DNA of 64,000 nt from an uncultured Bacteroidales bacterium (GTDB lineage Bacteria; Bacteroidota; Bacteroidia; Bacteroidales; Paludibacteraceae): NCBI GenBank assembly GCA_902784425.1, contig CACZUS010000009.1, positions 4,494 to 68,493 on the forward strand, given 5' to 3'. The notes under the pieces are model-generated. The model made no database searches. It was not told where the DNA came from and saw nothing but the letters and a program-made list of their open reading frames with translations. Below are positions 40,563-49,881 of the stretch, piece by piece (the first letter of the stretch is position 1; the number at the start of each line of letters is the position of its first letter). The translations under genes and the position numbers were made by a program.

Positions 40563-43500
40563 CTATTTTTGTCGCAAAAGAGTGAAGTGTCCGCTATACT
40601 CTCGGTCAATCTCCGGTATATGTATGTCATACCAATAATCGGTGGATGGCATAGGATGTCCTAAATAATAACCGTCCCAACCATCATCCAATCCGCTTCC
40701 TCGATATAGCAACTTTCCATATCGATCAAAGATGTAATAATATGAGCGTGCAAATTTATCCAACCCGAGCACCTTCCACGTCTCTCGTCCTTCAACAAAA
40801 TATTCTGGTATAAACAGTTCCACCGTCGGTTTGAAAATAAAGGTATCAGCGCAACCCACCTCATCTTTAACCACTATGTGATACTCTACGCCAACGATCG
40901 CATGCTCCAAGATGTCTGACGTCGTCTCTCCTTTACCATAATCATAAACCAATGCCGAGGATGGCGACTCCACCTTCACCTGATACTGATCGTATGCAAG
41001 TTCCTCACAGGATAGGATAACTGGATATGGTTGCACATGCACCGTACCACTTGTTTCATTCTCGCACGCACCATTGACTACTTCCACGTGATACTCCGTA
41101 TCTGTCATCGGCTGCACCTCAAGTCGTTCGCCTCCCGTCACTGTTGTGTCTGCCGAACTCCATTCTATATTCGTGTATTGATGCACATCTTCCAGTTTCA
41201 GCATTGCCTTCTCGCCTTGACAAACAGATGGTGCCAACAGCTTCACCTCATTGGGTTGATCTACATGGATGAATAATTCATTCGAGAATGTATCCGGACA
41301 GGCTCCTCCTTCTGTTATCACCCGCACATACAAAGAGGTATCCACCTGCTCCATATGAAAATCATTACCAATGCAATCTCCCGCTGTGCCTATCGTAGCA
41401 TAAGAAGTCTCTCCCTCCCTACGCACCTGCATGCGCGGACACGTTGCTGGATCTAAATCTGTTCCATAAGAGATGGATAAATCCAATGACTCATTTGCAC
41501 AGAGCGAATCTGCCGATCCCTCCAATTGAATGCTTAAACGTGGCACTATGTCAACCTCATATTGATTCGTATCATTCGGGCAAACACTTCCTCTGGTGAT
41601 CACGACATAGGTAGTCTTTTCTGTAATCACATCATTGAATGCATTAGAAAGTGGAACCTGAGCTTCGCCATTTCTCGTCAAACTACACCGATGCGAGAAA
41701 CCAACACTCACATCAGGTTCAATGTCCAATATTACTCTTATCACTGAATTCTCACACACTTGAGTAGGCATATTTTTCAAGAAGAACTCTATATTAGGCT
41801 CCACCTCAACTACGACTGGGTCGGACGTGACTGGTTCGCACACCTCCAACGGATTGGCAATCACACGATAGACTGTTCGTACATTCATCTGCTTTGTTTG
41901 CTCGGTGACTGCACTTGTCTCGATGGTGGTGAAATCTGTTTCTTCATCTTCTTGTTTCTGCCATGTTAAATCTTTTGCGTCCGTGGCAGTGGCGGAGAAA
42001 GTGACATCGGTTCCCTCACAAACGAATGTTTCAGAGGCAGACAGTGACACAGTCGGACGCTTTTCCACCTTTACATCGAATGTGACGGAGGACTCAGGGC
42101 AAACCGCACCTTTCACGCTAAACTCATATTGAGCGTCGGCTGTCAGATGATCAGTATAAGTTCGATCTGTTGTCGTCAGAGTCTCCGCACCTTTCTTCCA
42201 TGCGAAAGTACCGCTCAAAGCAAGGGTTGGCAACACTGTTAAAGTCACCGGCTCACCCTCACACACAAGGGTTGGCACATCAAAGTCAGATGGAGAGAGG
42301 GTACTCGTTCTTTCCACTTGCACAGTGATAGGGTCAGAAACGGCTGGCTCACACACCTCTGTTGGATTGGCCATCACACGATAAACAGCAGTTGCATTCA
42401 TCTGCCATGTTTGTGTTGCGGTCGTACTGGTTTCGATAGTTGTAAAGTTTGAATCTTCCTCGCCCATTCTTTGCCATGTTAAATCCTTTGCATCATGTGT
42501 CGTGGCTGTAAAAGTAACATCACTCGCCTCGCAGACAAATGTTTCCGAAGCATCGAGTGTCACAGTCGGACGTTTCTCCACCTGCACGTCGAATGTGATA
42601 GAGGCCTCTGGGCAGGCGTTCCCCTTCACACTAAACTCATACTGAGCATCTTCAGTCAGTTGGTCGACATAATTCAATTCGGTAGTTGTCAGGGTCTCCG
42701 TACCTTTCTTCCATGCAAACGGAGTATTGATCGATAAAGTTGCCAGAGGTGTCAGGTGCACCTCTCCGCCCTCACACACAAGGGTTGGTACGGAAAAGTC
42801 GGACGGACTCAATGTGGCCAATTTTTCTACATTCACAGAGAGATAATCGGAGGTGTCGGAAGCACATCCGTATAACGAGCTGGCAATCACACGATAGGTG
42901 GCGGAGGTGTTCATCTGCCATGTCTGTTCGGTGGACGTACCGGTTTCGATGGTGGTGAAATCAGCAGCGCCTCCCTCTTTCTTCTGCCATGTCAAATCCT
43001 TTGCATCACTTGAAGTGGCAGTAAAGGTGACATCACTCTTTTCGCAGACAGTGGTCTCCGAAGCTGACAGCGACACCGACGGACGGTCTTTCACCTCTAC
43101 CGTGAATGTTCTGGCTGTATCAGGACAAGCGTTTCCATTCACATAGAATGTATATTGTGCAGTCGTTGTCAGACTATCATCGATGCATAGATCAGATGTC
43201 AGTGTATCACTGTTTTTTATCCATACGACATCAAACGGTCCTCCCACCATCACAATTGTAGAGGCACACACCAAGAATTCTTCCCCCTTACATACAGAAG
43301 ATGGAACATCAAAATAATTAGGAGACAAATCAGCTCTTCTCTCCACATTGATTCTCACTACCATTTCATCTTTACTACAAATCGTATTATCCGTATAGTA
43401 CTTATAGATAGTCGGTTGATCGTCTGGAGTATCTTCCACCACCATCTGAGTACCTTGATTTACCCAAGGTAATATATTCGAGTTTTTTGTCCATACGCCT

Positions 43501-46500
43501 TCTGATTGTGGATCTTTCACGAAAGTGATTTTTTCTCCATAACAAACGGTAGTCGGACCCGTATAGGCAGGCAATAGGATTTTCTTTTCAGCATAGACAA
43601 CTGCCGTGTCTGAGTAGATATCGTCACAACCCGGACTAGAAGGCATGCGCACTCGATAGAAGATGGTATCTTTTGCTTCAGCCGTATAAGAAGGTCCATT
43701 AGCCGATGGAATCGCAGTGAAGGAGTTTTCTCCCTTACGCATTTGTTCCCAAATCACTCCACTCACGTTTTGTTCATTAAGTTTCAACGTGACCTGATCT
43801 CCTTCACAGCCCCATAACGAAGGGGATTCAAAAGAGAGTTTCACACCATCTAATTTAACAACGTCAAACGAATAGTGGACGGAAGGACACTTGTTTCCTT
43901 CTGCAACGAGTTCGAATGTAGCAGATTCTGTCAGAGGTATCTTGTTAGCTAATTCATTGTCAGTCAAGGCAACTCCATCCTTTTTCCACACTGCCGATGT
44001 GTATGAACCTATCACATCAAGATACAAGTAGTCATCTGTGTTCGGACACAGAAACATAGGGCTAGGATACTCCGTATAACGAATGGAATCCTCGGCCAAT
44101 ATCTCCATATTCACAGGCAAAGAGGTGCAATTACCATCAGAAGCAGTAAGAGAGATAATCTTTCCTCCACGAATATTCTCTATCACGTATGGCAGGGTAA
44201 CAGGTTCTGAATTCACATAAAATTCAGTTGGATTACCCCTTAAGACAACAGGGTTTAGAGTATAACTACCGCCTTCGCACATGACAGTATCGTTCAGCGG
44301 TTCCAGTACAGTCACAGGAATGATATTCAACTGATAAATAATAGAATCGGAGACGCAGTCCTCATTCGTTGCATAGAAGAGGTATTGCATTGAATCAGCC
44401 GTGGTCGCTTTAAGGATATTAGGTTCCTCTGGGGTAGGGATAGCAGTCCATTCTGTATCGTGCGGACTTTTCTCGAACCAGTAATATTGATCCACAATGG
44501 ATGTAGGCGTCGACTTCGCCTCGATGACCACCTGCACAAGAGGGCCTCCACACAAGGTGTTTTCTGTTTCACCAAGAGGTGCAAATTTGGGTTTCTGACA
44601 ACCCTTACAACTAATAGTAACAGGCGTAGTGATATAGAACAAATCACAATAACTGTCGGGATAACCATTCTGAGCCACCTGCTGAGCTACTTCATTCGTG
44701 AGTGCCAAGATCGCTCTGTACATGACGGAACCTCCCTGCATATTGTCATATTGAATCACTTTACTATTGGAAGTCAAAGAAGTCCAATGTATTCCATCAA
44801 AAGAGGTTTGCCATATATAAACGTATGGCTCATCTTTATCATCCCATTCTTGTGAGTAGAGATGAATTGTATGATTCTCTGTTAGGTCATTACAATTAAA
44901 GATACCTTCATATTTTTTATTAGGATCTCCATCTATACCGATTTCAGCCTGTGGAATGTGGTCAGAGCAAACCAGGAATTGTATATCGTCAAATGCCACC
45001 TTAGCAGGTTGGGTACCGACATTCTGGCAGAAGACCTTCATGTGAAAGACCTCGTCTGCATAGAGAGACAATGGCATTTCAAAACGCCCCCATTGATTAG
45101 AAGGGACCGAATAAGTCATCTCCATATATCTGACACCTCGTTCGTCTTGTGCAGACAAGGTCATATAGACACCGTCACCCAAATCCAATCCATTAGCATT
45201 CACACTGAGGACATAGCTCTGACAAGGGCATACTTTTCCCGGTATTAGTTTATCCACCACCATCACTTGCTGTCCAACAGGAATGTTAGTATACAAGAAG
45301 GCATCATTTTCTTCCCCCGTAACACCTAATATCTGATATGGTTCAGAGTAGTCGTTTGTAGAACCATCTGAAGAAAGCGCATAAACAGTAGAGTCTGGCG
45401 CACAAGTCACTGTATAATAAGCACCCTCGTCGAAGCGAGTTGTCTGACCTGATTCGTATGCTTGATAATCCCCACCTATAGCATCGAACGTTCTGGTTTT
45501 CAGAGAATCAATCGTACCGAAGTCCTCCCTCCAAATCCTTCTCAAAGAAGGTTGTAGCGAGCAATCATAGATTCTCGAAAAGTGAGATATGGAATTGGAT
45601 ACCGAATAATAGACACAGCCATTGGAGGGACCACCGTGAGTACTTATGTAATGAGCTTCATCACTCGCTTCTTGCTCCGTATTTCCTCCCGTCACAATCA
45701 ATCGATACACACGTTCACCCAGATTTTTACCCTCTTGAAACATAGAGGTTTTCTTTATACCACTGACATCTTCCAAATTCTTCCACGTATAGCCATTATC
45801 CGTAGATTCTTGCCAAAGGAAATAGACATAATCGTAAATCGCTTTCCATGAAGATAATATATTGTTTTTGACGCTATAAGTCATACCACCTTCGCAATCT
45901 ACCACCGCATCAGAAGCTAAAAGCTCAGGTTCCACCAATTTATTCGAATCATCACGATACAAAGAGATATCATCCAAAGCGAAATCATTTCCGATATAAT
46001 CCTTCACACAATAGTTCAATACCTGAAGTTCCAATTCATCCCCCTCTTGTGCCACAAATTCCAAGTTATATTCACTCCAATCCTTTTTATCGTGAACATG
46101 CGTTCCATCATTCGGATTATTGAACTCCCATAACGGAATCTTTCCTGTGGACTGTTCCGCCAAGACATCTCCATCTTGATTAACGATGCGCATGGCAAGA
46201 ATAGGTAAATCGATGCTACTTAGCGAGTTCGAAACAGCAGCCGCATAAATGGAGAAACGATACTTTCGTTGTCCACACACCTGAAATTTCATCTTCTGAC
46301 GATAGATAGCTTCTCCGTGTCCTGTCTTATCCACATTCACTACCAACATTCCTCCATTCGGATTGCCTGTATGATCTGCACCTCCCGTAAAGTGTGCGGC
46401 AGAACCCATGGCACATGAAGCTTTTCGGTTATAGGCCCACCATGGACTATTCGTTATGCCATACCACCCATCTGCTATGGGCTCACAAGCACCAAACTGA

Positions 46501-46655
46501 TGTCCTGGAACTGACATAGAAGGATCAGGAAAATCTCGAATAACAGAATCCTCCACCACACCAAAATCTTCATTCCAAACCAAATTCCAATTTTGAGAGT
46601 AGGCTGTCATCATCGAGATGATCATCCACACGCAACTTATTATTGCCTTTTTCAT
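40563..46655 (-). CDS. Giant Ig-like-repeat surface protein with T9SS type-B (gliding-motility-associated) C-terminal sorting domain
   Basis: 2030 aa with signal peptide MKKAIISCVWMIISMMTAYS. The C-terminus ...YYYIFDRYGKLLYRGSGLDDGWDGYYLGHPMPSTDYWYDIHI...SGHFTLLRQK matches the type-B CTD pattern (IfnRwG...WdG...G.Y.Y.i....G.vtLlR). Confidence 0.9.
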   Translation of the reverse strand: MKKAIISCVWMIISMMTAYSQNWNLVWNEDFGVVEDSVIRDFPDPSMSVPGHQFGACEPIADGWYGITNSPWWAYNRKASCAMGSAAHFTGGADHTGNPNGGMLVVNVDKTGHGEAIYRQKMKFQVCGQRKYRFSIYAAAVSNSLSSIDLPILAMRIVNQDGDVLAEQSTGKIPLWEFNNPNDGTHVHDKKDWSEYNLEFVAQEGDELELQVLNYCVKDYIGNDFALDDISLYRDDSNKLVEPELLASDAVVDCEGGMTYSVKNNILSSWKAIYDYVYFLWQESTDNGYTWKNLEDVSGIKKTSMFQEGKNLGERVYRLIVTGGNTEQEASDEAHYISTHGGPSNGCVYYSVSNSISHFSRIYDCSLQPSLRRIWREDFGTIDSLKTRTFDAIGGDYQAYESGQTTRFDEGAYYTVTCAPDSTVYALSSDGSTNDYSEPYQILGVTGEENDAFLYTNIPVGQQVMVVDKLIPGKVCPCQSYVLSVNANGLDLGDGVYMTLSAQDERGVRYMEMTYSVPSNQWGRFEMPLSLYADEVFHMKVFCQNVGTQPAKVAFDDIQFLVCSDHIPQAEIGIDGDPNKKYEGIFNCNDLTENHTIHLYSQEWDDKDEPYVYIWQTSFDGIHWTSLTSNSKVIQYDNMQGGSVMYRAILALTNEVAQQVAQNGYPDSYCDLFYITTPVTISCKGCQKPKFAPLGETENTLCGGPLVQVVIEAKSTPTSIVDQYYWFEKSPHDTEWTAIPTPEEPNILKATTADSMQYLFYATNEDCVSDSIIYQLNIIPVTVLEPLNDTVMCEGGSYTLNPVVLRGNPTEFYVNSEPVTLPYVIENIRGGKIISLTASDGNCTSLPVNMEILAEDSIRYTEYPSPMFLCPNTDDYLYLDVIGSYTSAVWKKDGVALTDNELANKIPLTESATFELVAEGNKCPSVHYSFDVVKLDGVKLSFESPSLWGCEGDQVTLKLNEQNVSGVIWEQMRKGENSFTAIPSANGPSYTAEAKDTIFYRVRMPSSPGCDDIYSDTAVVYAEKKILLPAYTGPTTVCYGEKITFVKDPQSEGVWTKNSNILPWVNQGTQMVVEDTPDDQPTIYKYYTDNTICSKDEMVVRINVERRADLSPNYFDVPSSVCKGEEFLVCASTIVMVGGPFDVVWIKNSDTLTSDLCIDDSLTTTAQYTFYVNGNACPDTARTFTVEVKDRPSVSLSASETTVCEKSDVTFTATSSDAKDLTWQKKEGGAADFTTIETGTSTEQTWQMNTSATYRVIASSLYGCASDTSDYLSVNVEKLATLSPSDFSVPTLVCEGGEVHLTPLATLSINTPFAWKKGTETLTTTELNYVDQLTEDAQYEFSVKGNACPEASITFDVQVEKRPTVTLDASETFVCEASDVTFTATTHDAKDLTWQRMGEEDSNFTTIETSTTATQTWQMNATAVYRVMANPTEVCEPAVSDPITVQVERTSTLSPSDFDVPTLVCEGEPVTLTVLPTLALSGTFAWKKGAETLTTTDRTYTDHLTADAQYEFSVKGAVCPESSVTFDVKVEKRPTVSLSASETFVCEGTDVTFSATATDAKDLTWQKQEDEETDFTTIETSAVTEQTKQMNVRTVYRVIANPLEVCEPVTSDPVVVEVEPNIEFFLKNMPTQVCENSVIRVILDIEPDVSVGFSHRCSLTRNGEAQVPLSNAFNDVITEKTTYVVITRGSVCPNDTNQYEVDIVPRLSIQLEGSADSLCANESLDLSISYGTDLDPATCPRMQVRREGETSYATIGTAGDCIGNDFHMEQVDTSLYVRVITEGGACPDTFSNELFIHVDQPNEVKLLAPSVCQGEKAMLKLEDVHQYTNIEWSSADTTVTGGERLEVQPMTDTEYHVEVVNGACENETSGTVHVQPYPVILSCEELAYDQYQVKVESPSSALVYDYGKGETTSDILEHAIVGVEYHIVVKDEVGCADTFIFKPTVELFIPEYFVEGRETWKVLGLDKFARSYYYIFDRYGKLLYRGSGLDDGWDGYYLGHPMPSTDYWYDIHIPEIDREYSGHFTLLRQK
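41800..43340 (-). repeat. Three tandem 513-bp (171-aa) coding repeats inside the type-B CTD gene
   Basis: Unit boundaries fall near 41800, 42300, 42812 and 43324. Recurring peptides are VEKRPTV.L.ASETFVCE..DVTF.AT..DAKDLTWQ and LSPSDF.VPTLVCEG. Confidence 0.8.
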
Positions 46656-46970
46656 AACACAAATTTATCCTTATTCACGATTTTCCACACGTTTCTCTCA
46701 TCACAACGTATTATCACCCTCTCTCCCCAATCACAACCCCATGTACGACGTAAATTTCAAAGGAAACTTCAAGTGGTGTTTTTCAAAATTCATATCACAT
46801 CCGACAAAATTAAGAAAAAAAACAATTCATGCTTATATTCTTGTTGTATTTTTAAGAAAAGTAACTTTCCTATAGTCCAACGCTCCTCTACCAGTACACT
46901 TTTCATTCAATTTGAATCAAAAGTCCTCTTTTTTGAATTCATATTCATGGTATATTTTTCTTTTCTATGA

Positions 46971-46978
46971 TAGTTTTG
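46971..46978 (+). promoter_or_regulatory. Candidate TAnnTTTG -7 box for the pectate lyase gene
   Basis: TAGTTTTG, 108 nt upstream of the ATG at 47086. Confidence 0.35.
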
Positions 46979-46993
46979 TCATAAACAAATGGG

Positions 46994-47073
46994 AGACCAT
47001 AAAATCTTATAGAATATTTTGCTCATAAGAAGACTGAGTTTTTTTGAACAGAAGACCATAAAATCTTACAGAA
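46994..47073 (+). repeat. Two 21-nt direct repeats (20/21 identical) spaced 59 bp apart in the pectate lyase leader
   Basis: agaccataaaatcttatagaa at 46994..47014 and agaccataaaatcttacagaa at 47053..47073. Confidence 0.85.
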
Positions 47074-47085
47074 CTACTTTCGATT

Positions 47086-48819
47086 ATGAAAAAAACGGTT
47101 ATTATAATAGCCTTTTTTAGCACACTAACGGCTATTGCACAAACGAAACTGAACATCCATCAGAAGGATGGAGCTATTATCGAGTATAAAGTTGCCGACA
47201 TCGACAGTATCGTGTTTACACCGAGATTGCCAGCCGACACTGCCTTGTCATCCATCGAGACGGGTGATGTGAAGGTAACCAACTATGGTGGATGGTTTGA
47301 ATCAGGTTTTGTAGAATGGAGTGCTGTGGAAGGTGCCGATAACTACCATGTGTATTGTAAAAAAGCATCTGCTTCCGATGATGCTTATCAGAGAATCGAT
47401 CCGATGCTAATCCGCAAGTATCCAACAGGGGTACGGGCGGACGTGCTCGGACTAGAAGCAGACGATTACAATCTGAAAATCATAGCCGTCAACTCCGGAA
47501 GGGAGAAAGGAAGTCCATCCATCGTCTCAATAAAAGCGAAAGCATACAATCGTGAAGGATATGCCCACTTCAACAACCAGGGTGTCGGCGCCTACAATGA
47601 CAACGGGACACTCAAAGAGAATGCCGTCGTACTTTATGTGACGGAAGATACAAAAAAGAGCGTTTCCATGGAGGTTTTCACCTCTTCCAATGGGACTACC
47701 CAATGCGTAGGAATCTCCAATATTCTAAAAGCACTTCAGAAAGGATACGAGACAAGACCCATCTGCATCCGTTTAATTGGCCAGATTACTGCTGACGGAA
47801 TGACAGAATCGGGCGACACGAATAATCTTTTAGTGAAAGCTTCCAGTAGTTCTATGTCAATCGACAATGTTACCATTGAGGGAGTCGGCGAAGACGCCAC
47901 CTGTTATGGTTTTGGCATAAGAGCCATTCGTGCGCACAACCTAGAAATTCGCAATCTTGCCATTATGCTCTTCGGCGATGATGGTATCGCTTTCGAAAAC
48001 AACAATAAAAATATATGGATTCATAACAACGACATCTTCTATGGCACGGCAGGATCAGATGCCGATCAGGCAAAAGGCGACGGTTCAATCGACTTAAAAG
48101 ATGACTCTCAATACATGACGATTGCCTACAACCACTTCTTCGATTCCGGCAAGATGTCACTCTGCGGGATGAAAAAAGAAACAGGTCCCAACTATATCTC
48201 CTATCATCACAACTGGTTCGACCATTCCGACTCTCGTCATCCACGCATACGAACCATGTCTGTTCACATATACAACAATTATTATGATGGGACTTCAAAA
48301 TATGGCGTGGGTGTAACGTATGGAGGTAGTGCCTTTGTCGAGGCTAATTACTTCCGAAATGTTGCCAAACCGATGCTCTCCTCCGGACAAGGAACAGATG
48401 CGAAGGGAGACGGCACATTCTCTGGTGAAACAGGTGGAATCATCAAATCGTTCAACAACTATTTCACCGAGAAACCTAGCTCATTTAGTTATATCACACA
48501 AAAAGAGAATGCTACCGACTTCGACGTGTATGAAGTCTCATCGCGAAACGAAACAATTCCAGCCTCATACAAAACTGTTGCTGGTGGCACAAGTTATCAT
48601 AATTTCGATACAGACAATTCTCTAATCTACAACTACACACCCACAGAGCCTACTCTAGTGAAAACAGACGTCACCACATCTGCAGGGCGTATGAATGGCG
48701 GTGATTTTCATTGGAATTTCAACAATAATGTAGATGACAAAAGCTACAGCCTCAACGAGGAGTTGATGACCGCCATCAAGAATTACAAAACAAAACTCAT
48801 ATCTTGTTTCGTCGAATAG
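47086..48819 (+). CDS. Pectate lyase (PL1-like right-handed beta-helix)
   Basis: 577 aa with a signal peptide. DGIAFENNNKNIWIHNNDIFYG...DGSIDLKDDSQYMTIAYNHF...HHNWFDHSDSRHPRIRT...IYNNYYDG has the typical PL1 Asp and R.P..R motifs. Confidence 0.85.
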   Translation: MKKTVIIIAFFSTLTAIAQTKLNIHQKDGAIIEYKVADIDSIVFTPRLPADTALSSIETGDVKVTNYGGWFESGFVEWSAVEGADNYHVYCKKASASDDAYQRIDPMLIRKYPTGVRADVLGLEADDYNLKIIAVNSGREKGSPSIVSIKAKAYNREGYAHFNNQGVGAYNDNGTLKENAVVLYVTEDTKKSVSMEVFTSSNGTTQCVGISNILKALQKGYETRPICIRLIGQITADGMTESGDTNNLLVKASSSSMSIDNVTIEGVGEDATCYGFGIRAIRAHNLEIRNLAIMLFGDDGIAFENNNKNIWIHNNDIFYGTAGSDADQAKGDGSIDLKDDSQYMTIAYNHFFDSGKMSLCGMKKETGPNYISYHHNWFDHSDSRHPRIRTMSVHIYNNYYDGTSKYGVGVTYGGSAFVEANYFRNVAKPMLSSGQGTDAKGDGTFSGETGGIIKSFNNYFTEKPSSFSYITQKENATDFDVYEVSSRNETIPASYKTVAGGTSYHNFDTDNSLIYNYTPTEPTLVKTDVTTSAGRMNGGDFHWNFNNNVDDKSYSLNEELMTAIKNYKTKLISCFVE

Positions 48820-48839
48820 GAGAAGAAGAATTTAAGCCA

Positions 48840-49841
48840 TTAAGGTTTATTCTCCAACTCTATCAACCTATCGATTTCCTCTTTGCGATAAACGATCTTG
48901 ACTATTCTTCTTGTTTTCGCATACTGCAAAAAAGCAAACCAACCATCCATCCTTTTTATGGTCTCTATGGCTGCTTCGTTAAATCGTTTATCATCAGAAC
49001 TAACAATTTTTAAATCGAACAAGGACCGATCCTTATTGATAATAAGCCAAACCTTCACTTCCACATCTTCTTTTATCTCTCCCACTTTCGGATATACTTT
49101 ATGGTATTGAATGTCCTGAGCCAAGTTTCTCTTACCATCCTTACTTCGGTATTCATTATTTTTAAAAGCCATGGGATAAAGACCAGTTCTAATATTTTTA
49201 TCATATTCCCAAAACAGAGAATCAACCGAGTGCAATTGTACAATAGGTTCCGATACATCTACAATGAATTCCATTTCCCCAATCATAAAATCTTCCTCTT
49301 CTTTTAAGGTGACATTAAAATTTATACATGACTTATTACTTCTTATTTTTTTTATTTTTCTTCTGTATCCCATACTGGAAATTTCCAAAACATCTCCTTT
49401 TTTGACATAAAGACTATACTTACCGTCATAATCCGAGTAAACACCTTTCGTTGTCCCCTTAATCATCACCCACGCAGCATATATAGGCTCTCCTACAGTA
49501 TCTCTCACCGTTCCCTTTATCAGAATTGTTCTTTCATCATTTTGTGTTGTATCTTGTTGAGTAGAGACTTCGCTCACTTGTATATTTTCAGCCGCTACCA
49601 TTGGGGTCCAACTTAGTCCAGCTGACAAACCTGCCAACACAAGTTTTTTACCCATAGCTCTGCGCTTCAACAACTCCTTTTCCAAATATTCCAGTTCAGA
49701 CTCACATCGCGGACAAGTGCCTCGACACTCCCCTTTGTAATGGCATTCCTCCACCACCAAGGGGATATCATTTTCAGAAGCAATATTCTGACGAATCTGT
49801 TTGAGTATCTTGCATTTCTCTTTTCCTCTGAACATAATCAC
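48840..49841 (-). CDS. Paralog 4 of the Cys4-TM-CarboxypepD_reg-TonB_C-like family
   Basis: 333 aa with the same N-terminal KCKILKQIRQNIASENDIPLVVEECHYKGECRGTCPRCE and TM helix. The C-terminal region carries an indel relative to the others (MDGWFAFLQYAKTRRIVKIVY). The start may be 49835 (MFRGKE). Confidence 0.8.
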   Translation of the reverse strand: MIMFRGKEKCKILKQIRQNIASENDIPLVVEECHYKGECRGTCPRCESELEYLEKELLKRRAMGKKLVLAGLSAGLSWTPMVAAENIQVSEVSTQQDTTQNDERTILIKGTVRDTVGEPIYAAWVMIKGTTKGVYSDYDGKYSLYVKKGDVLEISSMGYRRKIKKIRSNKSCINFNVTLKEEEDFMIGEMEFIVDVSEPIVQLHSVDSLFWEYDKNIRTGLYPMAFKNNEYRSKDGKRNLAQDIQYHKVYPKVGEIKEDVEVKVWLIINKDRSLFDLKIVSSDDKRFNEAAIETIKRMDGWFAFLQYAKTRRIVKIVYRKEEIDRLIELENKP

Positions 49842-49881
49842 TTCATATTGTTTGAATGATGAATAAGCAACTCTCCTTTAT

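Noticed and set aside
40330-40638. 102-aa plus-strand ORF
   Set aside because: It overlaps the 5' end and promoter of the tmRNA gene and the 3' end of the 2030-aa CDS, so it is an artefact.
46660-46667. TAAATTTG box (minus strand) upstream of the 2030-aa gene
   Set aside because: It lies only 5 nt from the ATG at 46655, too close to serve as the -7 element for that start. The real promoter is probably further upstream in the 430-bp spacer.
27133-48819. Shared N-terminal mini-module ending in an I-D-x-[IV]-x-F-like motif in three secreted proteins (pectate lyase KVADIDSIVFT, 627-aa protein AENIDRVYFSD, 155-aa protein AQVRKYYFED)
   Set aside because: The similarity spans only a handful of residues, too short to support homology without a profile search.
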